In this document: piece after piece, positions 28,839-38,224 of the stretch
How positions within the stretch are numbered: the stretch's first letter is position 1
How the letters are laid out: each line of letters begins with the position of its first letter
Source: Verrucomicrobiota bacterium
GTDB taxonomy: Bacteria; Verrucomicrobiota; Verrucomicrobiia; Limisphaerales; AAA164-E04
Assembly: GCA_047947115.1 (NCBI GenBank)
Contig: CP170459.1
Span: 256,001-320,000 of the forward strand
DNA: 64,000 nucleotides
Direction of reading: 5' to 3'
Program-made: the position numbers and the translations under genes
The notes under the pieces: model-generated
The model's database searches: none
Seen by the model: the letters and a program-made list of their open reading frames with translations, nothing else
Told to the model about the DNA's origin: nothing

Positions 28839-29273
28839 ATGAAAATCACAGACGCACTATTGGCCGAACACACGGTTTTTCACAGCCTCTTTGAAGTGGT
28901 CGAAAAGCAGCTCGACCAAGCCCCATCCATCGAACGCATTCGCCAGCTGGCGGAGATCCTGCTCCACCTGCTCGAAAAACATGGCCAGGCCGAGCACGAT
29001 CTGCTGGTTCCACCCATTGAACCGTTTTTGCATGAAATCGGGCATTTGGAAAATTTCCATAAGGAAGACGATATCATCATCGAAACACTTCAGAAAATCA
29101 GCGAATGCGAAGATGCCGAACTGGCCAAGCAAATCCTGACCAAAACCCTACGTCTGGCGAATGATCACTTTGACAAGGAAGAACGCTTTGTCTTCCCTCT
29201 TGCAGAAAAACACATCAGCGAGAAATCTCTGAATGAACTCGGCGACGCCTGGGCAAAAGGTAAGGAATTGTAG
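28839..29273 (+). CDS. Hemerythrin/HHE-domain protein
   Basis: EH, H---EH, H and HFDKEE--VFP motifs. Confidence 0.8.
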   Translation: MKITDALLAEHTVFHSLFEVVEKQLDQAPSIERIRQLAEILLHLLEKHGQAEHDLLVPPIEPFLHEIGHLENFHKEDDIIIETLQKISECEDAELAKQILTKTLRLANDHFDKEERFVFPLAEKHISEKSLNELGDAWAKGKEL

Positions 29274-29392
29274 ATTTGTAATGGTGAATTAACCATTCGG
29301 TAGTAAGTAGCCATGAGTGACGCGCCGGGGACAGCACTTTCTATCCCCTCTCCCCGAATTCACTATTTACCATCCACTATTATAAATTCCTA
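29265..29392. repeat. Second element with inverted heptamer arrays between convergent genes
   Basis: Left GAATTGT AGATTTG TAATGGT GAATTAA; right, on the minus strand, GAATTTA TAATAGT GGATGGT AAATAGT GAATTCG. Confidence 0.65.
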
Positions 29393-32300
29393 TCTGGGAG
29401 CCAGTGTTTCGTCCAGCCCCAGAAGACTGAGTGCTACGCCGAAGGCTGGGAAGGTTTCTGGGGAAACTTTCATGTCCGGCTTTCCTAGTTCGATCAGTAT
29501 GGTTTGTTGATCTGGTTTACCAAGGGACTCGTAGAGCTCAAAACTGTGCATGAGTCGCGATTGCTCGCTGGCACTGGGAGCCCTAAGCAATATTCTTTCA
29601 AACAGATAATCAACCTGCGCACCTGCTCCCGAGCCAACCTTGTCGCTCGCCTGACGCCCCAATTCCGCAGCCGCTTCCAGCAAAGTGGGCGCATTCATCG
29701 CTGCGAGGGCCTGCAGGGGGGTGTTTGTATGGGCCCGACGAACAACACAAGATTCGCGGTCCGCAGCATCAAAGGTCTGGAGCAGTGGCGGAGCCACAGT
29801 GCGCTTGAAATAGGTATAGATGCTTCGTCGATATAAATCGGCTCCTTGACTTTCCGGATACTTCTTTCGACTCACGGCTTCCCACAGATCATCGGGCTGA
29901 TAGGGATAAACCGGAGCCCCGCCCAGACGATCCACAACCAACCCGGACAGCATCAACATCTGATCCCTTACAAAATGTGCCGGCAACCGATTGCGTGGCC
30001 CCCTTCCCAACCATTGGTTGTCCGGATCCCATATATAATCCCCAGCTGCCGCATCTGAGCTCTGACGATAGGTAGCACTGGTGACCATGGTCCTGATCAG
30101 TCTTTTGACATCCCACCCTGATTCCACAAATTCGACCGCCAACCAATCCAGCAACTTAGGATGAGAAGGAAGCGATCCCTGGACTCCAAAGTCTTCTGCC
30201 GTTTCCACCAATCCGCGCCCGAACAACATCTGCCAGACACGATTCACAAACACCCGTGACGTTAAAGGGTGCCGACCACTCACCAGCCACCGGGCCAATC
30301 CAAGTCGGTTGGCCGGTGCTTCATTATTCCACTCGGATAACATGGCAGGCACCCCGGCATCGATTGGTTTTCCAAGGTTGTTGTATTGCCCCCGGGTCAG
30401 CACATAGGTCTGACGCGGTTCATCCATTTCCTGCATAATCATCACGGTAGGCAAGGATTCCATGCAGGATTGCAGATCACGTTCAGCCTGTCGCACAGTG
30501 TTCAAAGCCATTGAAATCACCGGATGCTGCGTTTGTTCCAGATAGACCAACCGCGCAAGCAATGTTTGTCGCCTGGACCGTTCGGAAGGCATCAGTCTGA
30601 GCACTTCACTGATCGGCAGAGATTCCGAAAGAACCTCGATTTCCCGCGGCTTGAGCACGCGATTGTATATCCTCAGCTCATCCACTGCTCCGGCAAAATC
30701 GTTCGCCATGGAACTCCGGCCCAGAAGAAATGGATTGGAGGAATGCGAACCGGGATTGGAATCGTTATTGTGCGTGATATCCAATTCGATCGATTTGCCA
30801 TCCACAAATAGTTCGATACCCCGAGCGCTCATGGAGGCATCGTACGTGACCATCACATGATACCATTGCCCGGCAGGAAAAGTCCCGATCGACCTGACGC
30901 CAATCCTGCCCGCGTACCCCTGAGAAATGGACAGATATTCAAAGTGTCCCTGATCATATACCAATTGAAAGCCTCGCCCCCCCACACCATCTTCAATGCG
31001 AGAAAACACAGCACCACCGGCATTGTCATCCGCACGCACCCAGAGGCCGATACTGTAGGGAGTCACATTGTTGAATCTTCCGATGTCTCCCAGGGAACCT
31101 GACCATTTACCATCCAACTGAATCCCCTTCCCACGCACCCCCTCGCACCAGGTGATTCCCTCTGGATCCAGATCAGACTTCAAAGCATTGGCATCGAACC
31201 CTTCAAGGCCGGTTTCAAAAGTCCGTTCATTCACAAGACCGTCGCGAAGAAAGGACAGGTCAGCTGATTCCTGTTTGGAAAACGTTCTCCAATGTTCCAG
31301 TTCACGATCAATCAATGCATCCAAGTCTGCCAATCTGCTTTCCGCATGGGCCAAATCAAGTTTCAACCCGGTTAGGTGTTCACGCTGGATACGGTTCGGA
31401 GCGTGTATGTAGGGTTCGGAATTGCCGTCACGGATGGCGCGCCCTGTCTCGGGGACATTGTGAAAAAAGGCAAACAAACCGTAGTAATCATCCATGGTCA
31501 ACGGATCATATTTGTGGTCATGGCAACGGGCACACCCAATAGTCAGCCCAAGCCAGGTGGTCGCGGTGGTTTCGACGCGATCAGCCACATTTTCCACCAA
31601 CACTTCTTCCGGAATGGAACCGCCCTCCGAATTGTAACGATGATTGCGATTAAACCCGGTGGCAATCCGTTGATCCAAGGTCGCGCCAGGAAGCAAATCA
31701 CCTGCCAGTTGCTCAATGGTCAATTGATCAAATGGCATGTTTGCATTGAAAGCATCGATCACCCAATCGCGCCAGGGCCACATTTCGCGCTCTCCGTCAT
31801 TCTGGTAACCATGTGTATCAGCATACCTTGCAGCATCCAGCCAGGGCAAAGCCATCCGCTCTCCAAAATGAGGTGAAGCTAACAAGCGCACAACCAGGTC
31901 GTCGTAGGATGCTTCAGAATATGTTTGAACAAACGATTCCACCTCTTCGATGGAAGGAGGCAAGCCAGTCAAATCCAGATACAAACGGCGAATCAAGGTC
32001 CGTGCATCTGCCGATGGAAGCGGCTGTCTGTCCATTGACTCCAATTTGGCCAAAACAAAATGATCCAACGCTCCCAGCGGCCACTCGCTCCTTTCAACTT
32101 GCGGGAGAGCCCGTCGGCGCGGTGGAATGAAGGACCAGTGGCGATCCCAGCCGGCACCCGACCGGACCCACTCGGAGAGTCGCTCCTTCTGTTGGTCAGT
32201 CAAGGCATGCCCGGCCTCCGGGGGTGGCATCACAAGATCGGGATCGGATGTCAACACACGCTGGATCAACAATGAGGCCCCCGGATCACCAGGGACCAAA

Positions 32301-32530
32301 ACAGCCCCCTCATTGCCAGGAAGCGTGAGGCCATCCGGCATATCCAGGCGCAAATCCGCTTTGCGTTTGCTCTGATCCGGCCCGTGACAAGGAAAACAGT
32401 GGTCCGCCAACACAGGGCGAACGTCTCTGTTGAACTCAATCGACTGTCCATGCACTGACAAAGCCTCGCCCAAAACAAGTGCAAGGATCGAACTCAGTAA
32501 AACACCGCTATGGATCTCAAACTTCATCAC
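29390..32530 (-). CDS. Planctomycete cytochrome c / DUF1549 / DUF1553 (PSD) protein with a LamG-like insert
   Basis: FNRDVRPVL--HCFPCHG, HWSF, WLDAARYADT-G, CARCHDHKYDP, NRLGLARWL, HP-LLDWLA, TNTPLQAL. Confidence 0.92.
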   Translation of the reverse strand: MMKFEIHSGVLLSSILALVLGEALSVHGQSIEFNRDVRPVLADHCFPCHGPDQSKRKADLRLDMPDGLTLPGNEGAVLVPGDPGASLLIQRVLTSDPDLVMPPPEAGHALTDQQKERLSEWVRSGAGWDRHWSFIPPRRRALPQVERSEWPLGALDHFVLAKLESMDRQPLPSADARTLIRRLYLDLTGLPPSIEEVESFVQTYSEASYDDLVVRLLASPHFGERMALPWLDAARYADTHGYQNDGEREMWPWRDWVIDAFNANMPFDQLTIEQLAGDLLPGATLDQRIATGFNRNHRYNSEGGSIPEEVLVENVADRVETTATTWLGLTIGCARCHDHKYDPLTMDDYYGLFAFFHNVPETGRAIRDGNSEPYIHAPNRIQREHLTGLKLDLAHAESRLADLDALIDRELEHWRTFSKQESADLSFLRDGLVNERTFETGLEGFDANALKSDLDPEGITWCEGVRGKGIQLDGKWSGSLGDIGRFNNVTPYSIGLWVRADDNAGGAVFSRIEDGVGGRGFQLVYDQGHFEYLSISQGYAGRIGVRSIGTFPAGQWYHVMVTYDASMSARGIELFVDGKSIELDITHNNDSNPGSHSSNPFLLGRSSMANDFAGAVDELRIYNRVLKPREIEVLSESLPISEVLRLMPSERSRRQTLLARLVYLEQTQHPVISMALNTVRQAERDLQSCMESLPTVMIMQEMDEPRQTYVLTRGQYNNLGKPIDAGVPAMLSEWNNEAPANRLGLARWLVSGRHPLTSRVFVNRVWQMLFGRGLVETAEDFGVQGSLPSHPKLLDWLAVEFVESGWDVKRLIRTMVTSATYRQSSDAAAGDYIWDPDNQWLGRGPRNRLPAHFVRDQMLMLSGLVVDRLGGAPVYPYQPDDLWEAVSRKKYPESQGADLYRRSIYTYFKRTVAPPLLQTFDAADRESCVVRRAHTNTPLQALAAMNAPTLLEAAAELGRQASDKVGSGAGAQVDYLFERILLRAPSASEQSRLMHSFELYESLGKPDQQTILIELGKPDMKVSPETFPAFGVALSLLGLDETLAPR

Positions 32531-32869
32531 AGAGGAGTATCAATGACCAGACTAGCATATTCATCCACCATGACCAGCCCTTATTCTTGGCAGAAACATT
32601 AAGCAACTAAGAAGAATGATACATTTTTTCTGGACTTAAATTTCATGTATAGACAAGATGCTTACCACAAGCGCTTTTGAAAATAATTTATCACAATACA
32701 AATGAAGCCTGGATTCATTTTCCCATAAGAAACCAGAAGTGAATATGGGGAGTATTCACTTTGAGAATGTGCTCGTCATCACCTGGACCAAAACGTTAAT
32801 TGGCATACGACATCCCGATCGCATGCATGTTCTCAATTATCATTGCACCTTATGCTGAACAAAAACCGT

Positions 32870-33423
32870 ATGACGACTCAAATCGCGGCCGCTGTCATCG
32901 CAATCGGACATCTGGCATGCCAAGCGCATGCCGCCGTCACCTTTTTCAACGACCGCACGACGTTTATTTCGACCGTGAATCCGACTTCTTACACTGACTT
33001 TTCAGGAGCGGGAGCGGATGTTAACATTGATCGTCGGGTGTCAACCGACGTTGGACTTTTCAATGTCTTTTACTCAACGGCGGGCAGTGTCAACCAAACA
33101 CTGAATACCCTGCAACCAACCAGCTCTCGTCTGCGTTTGACCGTGGATGACAACACACCTCCCACCCTCCAGACCACGGAGATGACATTTCAATTCTCAA
33201 CACCCGTCACAGCTTTCGGGTTTTCAATCCGACACTCCCATCAGCAGCATTTCCATGGTAAATATGCCCTCACCACGGAAGGGGATTTGGTTTACTTTAC
33301 CGAAGCATTCGTCGCGGTTCCGGAGCCATCCTCAACCCTGACTTTGTCGTGGCATGCTTGTTGGGAGGTGTGTTTTCTTCCAAAGGAAGACGACCAAAGA
33401 CGCCCCGCCAGAGCAAAAATTGA
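32870..33423 (+). pseudogene. Degraded PEP-CTERM protein
   Basis: Signal peptide ending AHA; VPEPSS motif; the TM segment and basic tail (FVVACLLGGVFSSKGRRPKTPRQSKN*) lie in a different frame after the T-run at 33343-33345. Confidence 0.65.
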
Positions 33424-33459
33424 AGCCTTAATTCTGGTAGAAAGCCAGGGAATCCAATC

Positions 33460-33861
33460 TTGAAATCAACAATAGAGGGTCACTCCGAGGCTCACCCAAC
33501 GGAATCTGTTTGCGTGAAATGCGGCCTCTGCTGCAGTGGCGCAATCTTTGAGGATGTGGAACTGCAAAATGAAGAGGAAGCCAACAGCATGGAAGTCATG
33601 GGATTGGAAATCGAGGAAGAAGACAGGTCATTCCTTCTCATCCAACCCTGCAATGCCCTATCGGGCGTCCGGTGCAAAGTGTATCCATACCGCCCCCAAT
33701 GCTGCCGCACATTCGAATGTTATTTGTTGAAAAACCTTCAATCCGGTCGCATGACAAGCAAGCAAGCACTGAAGATCATTCATGAAATCCGCTTTCAACT
33801 TGCGGAAAACAACCGGGATCTGGCCCAAAAGCTCATCCAGAAGCATCTGTTAAAGTGGTAA
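33460..33861 (+). CDS. YkgJ-family (CxxCxxCC) cysteine cluster protein
   Basis: CVKCGLCC...PC...C-VY--RP--CR-FEC. Confidence 0.8.
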   Translation: MKSTIEGHSEAHPTESVCVKCGLCCSGAIFEDVELQNEEEANSMEVMGLEIEEEDRSFLLIQPCNALSGVRCKVYPYRPQCCRTFECYLLKNLQSGRMTSKQALKIIHEIRFQLAENNRDLAQKLIQKHLLKW

Positions 33862-34749
33862 GACATCCCGCAGAAAGTCCGTCATCGACACAAATCGATC
33901 CACATAGGGTGAAGTAGATCGCCATACCAAACCAATCTCGCGGGATTGCTTGGGAACAACAGGAATTACACAGACGTTCATTCCAGCCGTAAAATGTGCC
34001 TGAATCGCAATTTCCGGCAGTAGAGTTACCCCCAGTCCGGCGGACACCATTTGCACCAAGGTATGCAGACTGGTTGCTTCGAACTCCGATCGAATGGCAC
34101 TCTTTTCCAACCGGCATGCCTCAAGGACGTGATCGCGCAGGCAGTGGCCTTCTTCGAGCAACATCAGGGAGGTATCTGCCAAATCAATCGAATGGATTCG
34201 CTTCCGTTTCGCCAAGGGGTGATCCGGGTGACATACGAAATGATAAGGATCATCCATCAAGCTTTCCACGCACAACTCCTCAGTCTCAAAAGGCAGAGCC
34301 AAAAGAGCCAAATCAATTTTGCCGGACCTTAATTTTGACAACAGATCCAGTGTTTTCTCCTCTCGCAAGTAGAGTTTCATGTCCGGAAACTTATCGCGAA
34401 GAGCAGGAAGAATGCGTGGAAGCAAAAAAGGACCGACTGAGGGAATGACTCCCAGGTGCATCTCCACCTTGGAAGCTTCGAGCTGGCCTTGTGCATAGGA
34501 CATAATATCTTCGGCATCACGCAACAAAAACCTGGCGCGCCGGGCAATTTCTGCCCCCTAAGGTGTCATCAGAACCATCCGTTTGGTGCGTTCAGCCAAA
34601 CTCACTCCAAGAAATGCTTCCAATTCACGAATCCCGGCACTCAGGGTCGATGGAGTCACATGACACTGCCTGGATGCATTCCCAAAGTGTTTGGTATCAT
34701 CCAAAGACACAAGGTATTCCAACTGCTTCAAACTCGGGACTTGTTTCAT
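33850..34749 (-). pseudogene. oxyR: OxyR (LysR family) interrupted by an in-frame TAG at codon 64 (34558-34560)
   Basis: The HTH ORF 34558-34749 and sensor ORF 33850-34527 share a frame: ...VLMTP*GAEIARRARFLLRDAEDIM...; redox motif EEGHCLRDHVLEAC (C-X8-C) and ATSL-TL-QMV; divergent from dps. Confidence 0.88.
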
Positions 34750-34769
34750 ATCGATCGACGAAATGGAGT

Positions 34770-34790
34770 TTATTCGGTTTTTGCGAATAA
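34770..34790. promoter_or_regulatory. LysR/OxyR-type operator
   Basis: Perfect inverted repeat TTATTCG-N7-CGAATAA containing T-N11-A, between oxyR and dps. Confidence 0.6.
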
Positions 34791-34882
34791 TATGACAAAA
34801 TTTGATCGGTTTACAACATTACACTATCAGGGCATAATTATGCCCAGAAGAAAGCACTTACCTTAGACAAGGAAGAGAAAAA

Positions 34883-35356
34883 ATGAATCAACCTATCCAA
34901 ATCGGCATCGAAGAAAAGAGCAGACTGGCCATCATCGAAGGATTGTCCAGATTGCTCGCGGACACTTATACCTTGTATTTGAAGACACAAAATTTCCATT
35001 GGAACGTGACGGGCCCCATGTTTAACACGCTGCATCAAATGTTCGAAGTGCAATACACCGAACTGGCCACCGCCAACGATGAACTGGCAGAACGCATACG
35101 GGCCCTCGGCGGTCAAGCACCCGGATCATTGAAGCAGTTCTCAACTCTGACCAGTATCGAGGAAGAAACAGGCGTACCTGCCGCTGAGGAAATGATCGCC
35201 CAACTTCTCAACGCCCAGGAAACCGTTGTTCGCACCGCGCGCCAGGTCTTCCCATCCGCCGCGGAAGCAGGAGACGAGGCCACCGCCGATTTGTTGACAC
35301 AACGCATCCAGATCCATGAAAAAACAGCCTGGATGCTGAGAGCCATGATCAGTTGA
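34883..35356 (+). CDS. dps: Dps-family DNA protection protein
   Basis: [32 protein letters not shown]. Confidence 0.95.
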   Translation: MNQPIQIGIEEKSRLAIIEGLSRLLADTYTLYLKTQNFHWNVTGPMFNTLHQMFEVQYTELATANDELAERIRALGGQAPGSLKQFSTLTSIEEETGVPAAEEMIAQLLNAQETVVRTARQVFPSAAEAGDEATADLLTQRIQIHEKTAWMLRAMIS

Positions 35357-35392
35357 TCGTCGAGGATATTTCTGTCAATTTTCAACCATCAT

Positions 35393-36436
35393 ATGCATAT
35401 GACAAAACAACATCACCAAAAATCAAAAGAACACATCCCAACGCTGATGGCCATGATCGTGGCAATCGCGGGAATAATCGGAACTGCTGATCAAGCAAAA
35501 GCTGAGTCAAAAGCAGAACTACGCACCCTGGCAAAAGAACTGTTCGGAACACTACCAGACAGCATGCCGGGAAGTGAATCGGACACCAGCGAATTGGTGG
35601 AACTGGGCGAAACGCTTTACTTTGAGAAAAAGCTGTCCAAAAACGAAACCCAATCCTGCAACTCCTGTCACCGGGTGGACAAAGGCTTGGGAGGCGTGGA
35701 CAACCTGCACTTTTCACCGGGAGCCTTTGGCAAGACCGGCGACCGCAATGCCCCCACGGTCTTGAACGCCCGATTCCACATCGCACAGTTCTGGGACGGC
35801 CGGGCGGCCGACCTGACCGAACAGGCCAAGGGCCCCATTCTGAACCCCATTGAAATGGCCATGCCCGACGAAGCAACGGTGCTGGAACGCCTGAACGCGA
35901 GTCGGAAATACCGTCGCCTGTTTGAGAAGGCCTATCCCGACACGGAGAACCCTATCACTTACGGGAACCTGGCCAAAGCCATTGCCGCCTTTGAACGCAC
36001 CTTGATCACACACGATCGTTTCGATGATTTCCTGAACGGAGACGACCAGGCGTTGACCGAACTGGAACTGAAAGGACTGGAACAATTCACCGCCATCGGC
36101 TGCACCACCTGCCACACAGGACCACTATTGGGAGGTCAGATGTATCAAAAGGTAGGATTGGTGAATCCTTACGAAAACTTCAGTGACGTCGGATTGGAAA
36201 AGGTAACAGGCAATGAAGATGATCGTTTCAAATTCAAGGTCCCCAGCCTGCGCAACATCGCCATCACAGGCCCCTATTTCCACGATGGCGGAGTGGCTTC
36301 CCTGGAATTTGCCGTCCGCAAGATGGCTTGGATGCAACTCGGTCAGCAACTGGACAACGATACCACCCACGCAATCGTCGCATTCCTGAATGCATTGACC
36401 GACAAGGAACGGGCAGCGCGTGCTTACAAAGACTGA
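35393..36436 (+). CDS. ccp: Di-heme cytochrome c peroxidase
   Basis: Signal peptide; two CxxCH motifs (CNSCH, CTTCH); RNAPTV-NA, QFWDGRA, FKVPSLRNIA-TGPYFHDG. Confidence 0.92.
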   Translation: MHMTKQHHQKSKEHIPTLMAMIVAIAGIIGTADQAKAESKAELRTLAKELFGTLPDSMPGSESDTSELVELGETLYFEKKLSKNETQSCNSCHRVDKGLGGVDNLHFSPGAFGKTGDRNAPTVLNARFHIAQFWDGRAADLTEQAKGPILNPIEMAMPDEATVLERLNASRKYRRLFEKAYPDTENPITYGNLAKAIAAFERTLITHDRFDDFLNGDDQALTELELKGLEQFTAIGCTTCHTGPLLGGQMYQKVGLVNPYENFSDVGLEKVTGNEDDRFKFKVPSLRNIAITGPYFHDGGVASLEFAVRKMAWMQLGQQLDNDTTHAIVAFLNALTDKERAARAYKD

Positions 36437-36457
36437 TCTCATTTTTGAGTGAAACAA

Positions 36458-36492
36458 GCGGACACACCCTCCCGGGTGTGTCCGTTTTTTTT
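36458..36492 (+). terminator. Rho-independent terminator after ccp
   Basis: Stem GCGGACACACC / GGTGTGTCCGT followed by a T-run. Confidence 0.85.
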
Positions 36493-36636
36493 CATGGACC
36501 AGGAGGCGATTCACGGATCCCTGGCTTAGTTCAATCATTGACTCGCGAAGAAGCGCTTGTTAATCCATAACCGGTCGGCGAACAGATCTCCTGAAGGAGA
36601 AACTGCCCGTGGCTCAAACAACCCGACATTCCTTGC

Positions 36637-37377
36637 ATGAAAAAGAAAACGACACGTTCCACCAATAAACCCAAATACTCACGCGTCCTCGTCAAAATGA
36701 GCGGCGAAGTCCTCGGCGGTGAACAAGGTTACGGCATCTGCCCTGAAGCCGTCCATGGTTTGGCCGACCAGATTGTTGCCGTGCACAAGCTGGGTGTCGA
36801 TGTAGCCGTCGTCATTGGTGGTGGCAATATTTTTAGAGGCCTGCAAGGCAGCCAAAAAGGTATTGAACGGGTCACCGGAGATTACATGGGCATGCTGGCC
36901 ACGGTCATCAACTCACTGGCCATGCAGGATGCCATGGAGAAAAAAGGAGTCGATACACGTGTCCAAACCGCCATTTCCACCGAAGCGGTCGCCGAACCCT
37001 TCATTCGCCGCAAAGCCATGCGCCACATGGAATTGGGACGCATTGTCATTTTCGGTGGCGGCACCGGAAACCCTTACTTTTCAACGGATACCGCCGCAGC
37101 CCTGCGAGCCAACGAAGTCGGCGCCGAGGTCATCCTTAAAGCCACGAAAGTGGACGGCATCTACGACAAGGATCCCATGAAATACAAGGATGCCAAAAGA
37201 TACGACCGCATCCAATATCAGGAAGCTCTTGCAAAACGCCTGAGAGTCATGGATTCCACCGCCTTTTCCTTGTGTATGGACAATGAAATGCCCATTATCG
37301 TGTTCGACATCTTCAAAAAGAACAACCTGAGGAAGGTCGTTCTCGGTCAAAAGGTCGGGACGTTGGTTGCTTCCTGA
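36637..37377 (+). CDS. pyrH: UMP kinase
   Basis: [38 protein letters not shown]. Confidence 0.97.
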   Translation: MKKKTTRSTNKPKYSRVLVKMSGEVLGGEQGYGICPEAVHGLADQIVAVHKLGVDVAVVIGGGNIFRGLQGSQKGIERVTGDYMGMLATVINSLAMQDAMEKKGVDTRVQTAISTEAVAEPFIRRKAMRHMELGRIVIFGGGTGNPYFSTDTAAALRANEVGAEVILKATKVDGIYDKDPMKYKDAKRYDRIQYQEALAKRLRVMDSTAFSLCMDNEMPIIVFDIFKKNNLRKVVLGQKVGTLVAS

Positions 37378-37426
37378 AATAAACCTTGAGAGAAGAGTCT
37401 GAAAACCGACAAATTGGAATACCATT

Positions 37427-37987
37427 ATGCCATTAGACGATATTTTGTTAAATGCTGAGGAAAAGATGCAGAAGACCGAAGAGGTGATCGTGCGCGAATT
37501 CGCAGGTGTGCGCACGGGCAAGGCTTCTCCGGGACTGGTGGAAAACGTTCTGGTGGACGTTTACGGATCACAAATGCGCATGCGTGAAGTCGCCGGCATC
37601 ACCACCCCCGAGTCACGCACCCTGGTCATCCAACCTTGGGACGCCTCCACAGTCGGCCCGATTGAAAAAGCCATCTTGAAAGCCAACCTCGGACTCAATC
37701 CATACGTCGATGGAAAAATCCTCCGCATCAACCTTCCCGAACTCAGCGAAGAACGACGCATCGAGTTCACCAAGGTGGTTAAGAAGATGACCGAGGACGG
37801 ACGGGTTGCGGTGCGCCACGTGCGTCGCGAAGCCATTGACCACCTGAAAAAAGAATGCAAAGCGGGTGCCATCACCGAGGACGAAGAATCACACGGTGAA
37901 AAAGAAGTCCAGAAGCTAACCGACAAATACATTGCCAAACTCGACGCCCACCTCGCCCACAAGGAAAAAGAAATCATGACGGTTTGA
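37427..37987 (+). CDS. frr: Ribosome recycling factor
   Basis: RTGKA, IQPWD, P-LSEERR, RVAVR-VRR; follows pyrH. Confidence 0.97.
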   Translation: MPLDDILLNAEEKMQKTEEVIVREFAGVRTGKASPGLVENVLVDVYGSQMRMREVAGITTPESRTLVIQPWDASTVGPIEKAILKANLGLNPYVDGKILRINLPELSEERRIEFTKVVKKMTEDGRVAVRHVRREAIDHLKKECKAGAITEDEESHGEKEVQKLTDKYIAKLDAHLAHKEKEIMTV

Positions 37988-38052
37988 TGAGGCAAACGTT
38001 TTGCCTGTTCAGATAGCCTCAGGGCTTTGACTTGAACCAACGGGATCCACGT

Positions 38053-38131
38053 ACCCCAAAGGGGTTACGCGAAGCCCCCCAGGGCATCGCCCTGAGTTAT
38101 ATGCCGCGCACGGAACGAGCCCCGAAGAGGC
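38053..38131. repeat. Degenerate REP-like cluster of short palindromes
   Basis: ACCCCAAAGGGGT, CAGGGCATCGCCCTG and GCCCCGAAGAGGC between frr and the ABC-F gene. Confidence 0.45.
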
Positions 38132-38224
38132 GGCCTGTCCGCACTCTGTCTAAGGCAACCAACATTTTATCCGTGAACGATCCGCATAGGCAGTCTCCCA
38201 CTAAGCCTCCCCCCCAGTTTACAA

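Noticed and set aside
4592..34560. Genome-wide TAG recoding, suggested by in-frame amber codons in both yafQ and oxyR
   Set aside because: Conserved genes such as fabF and phaC end in TAG at their expected C-termini. The two ambers replace different probable residues (Trp, Leu), each one substitution away. The only tRNA here has a normal UUG anticodon and no pyl genes are present.
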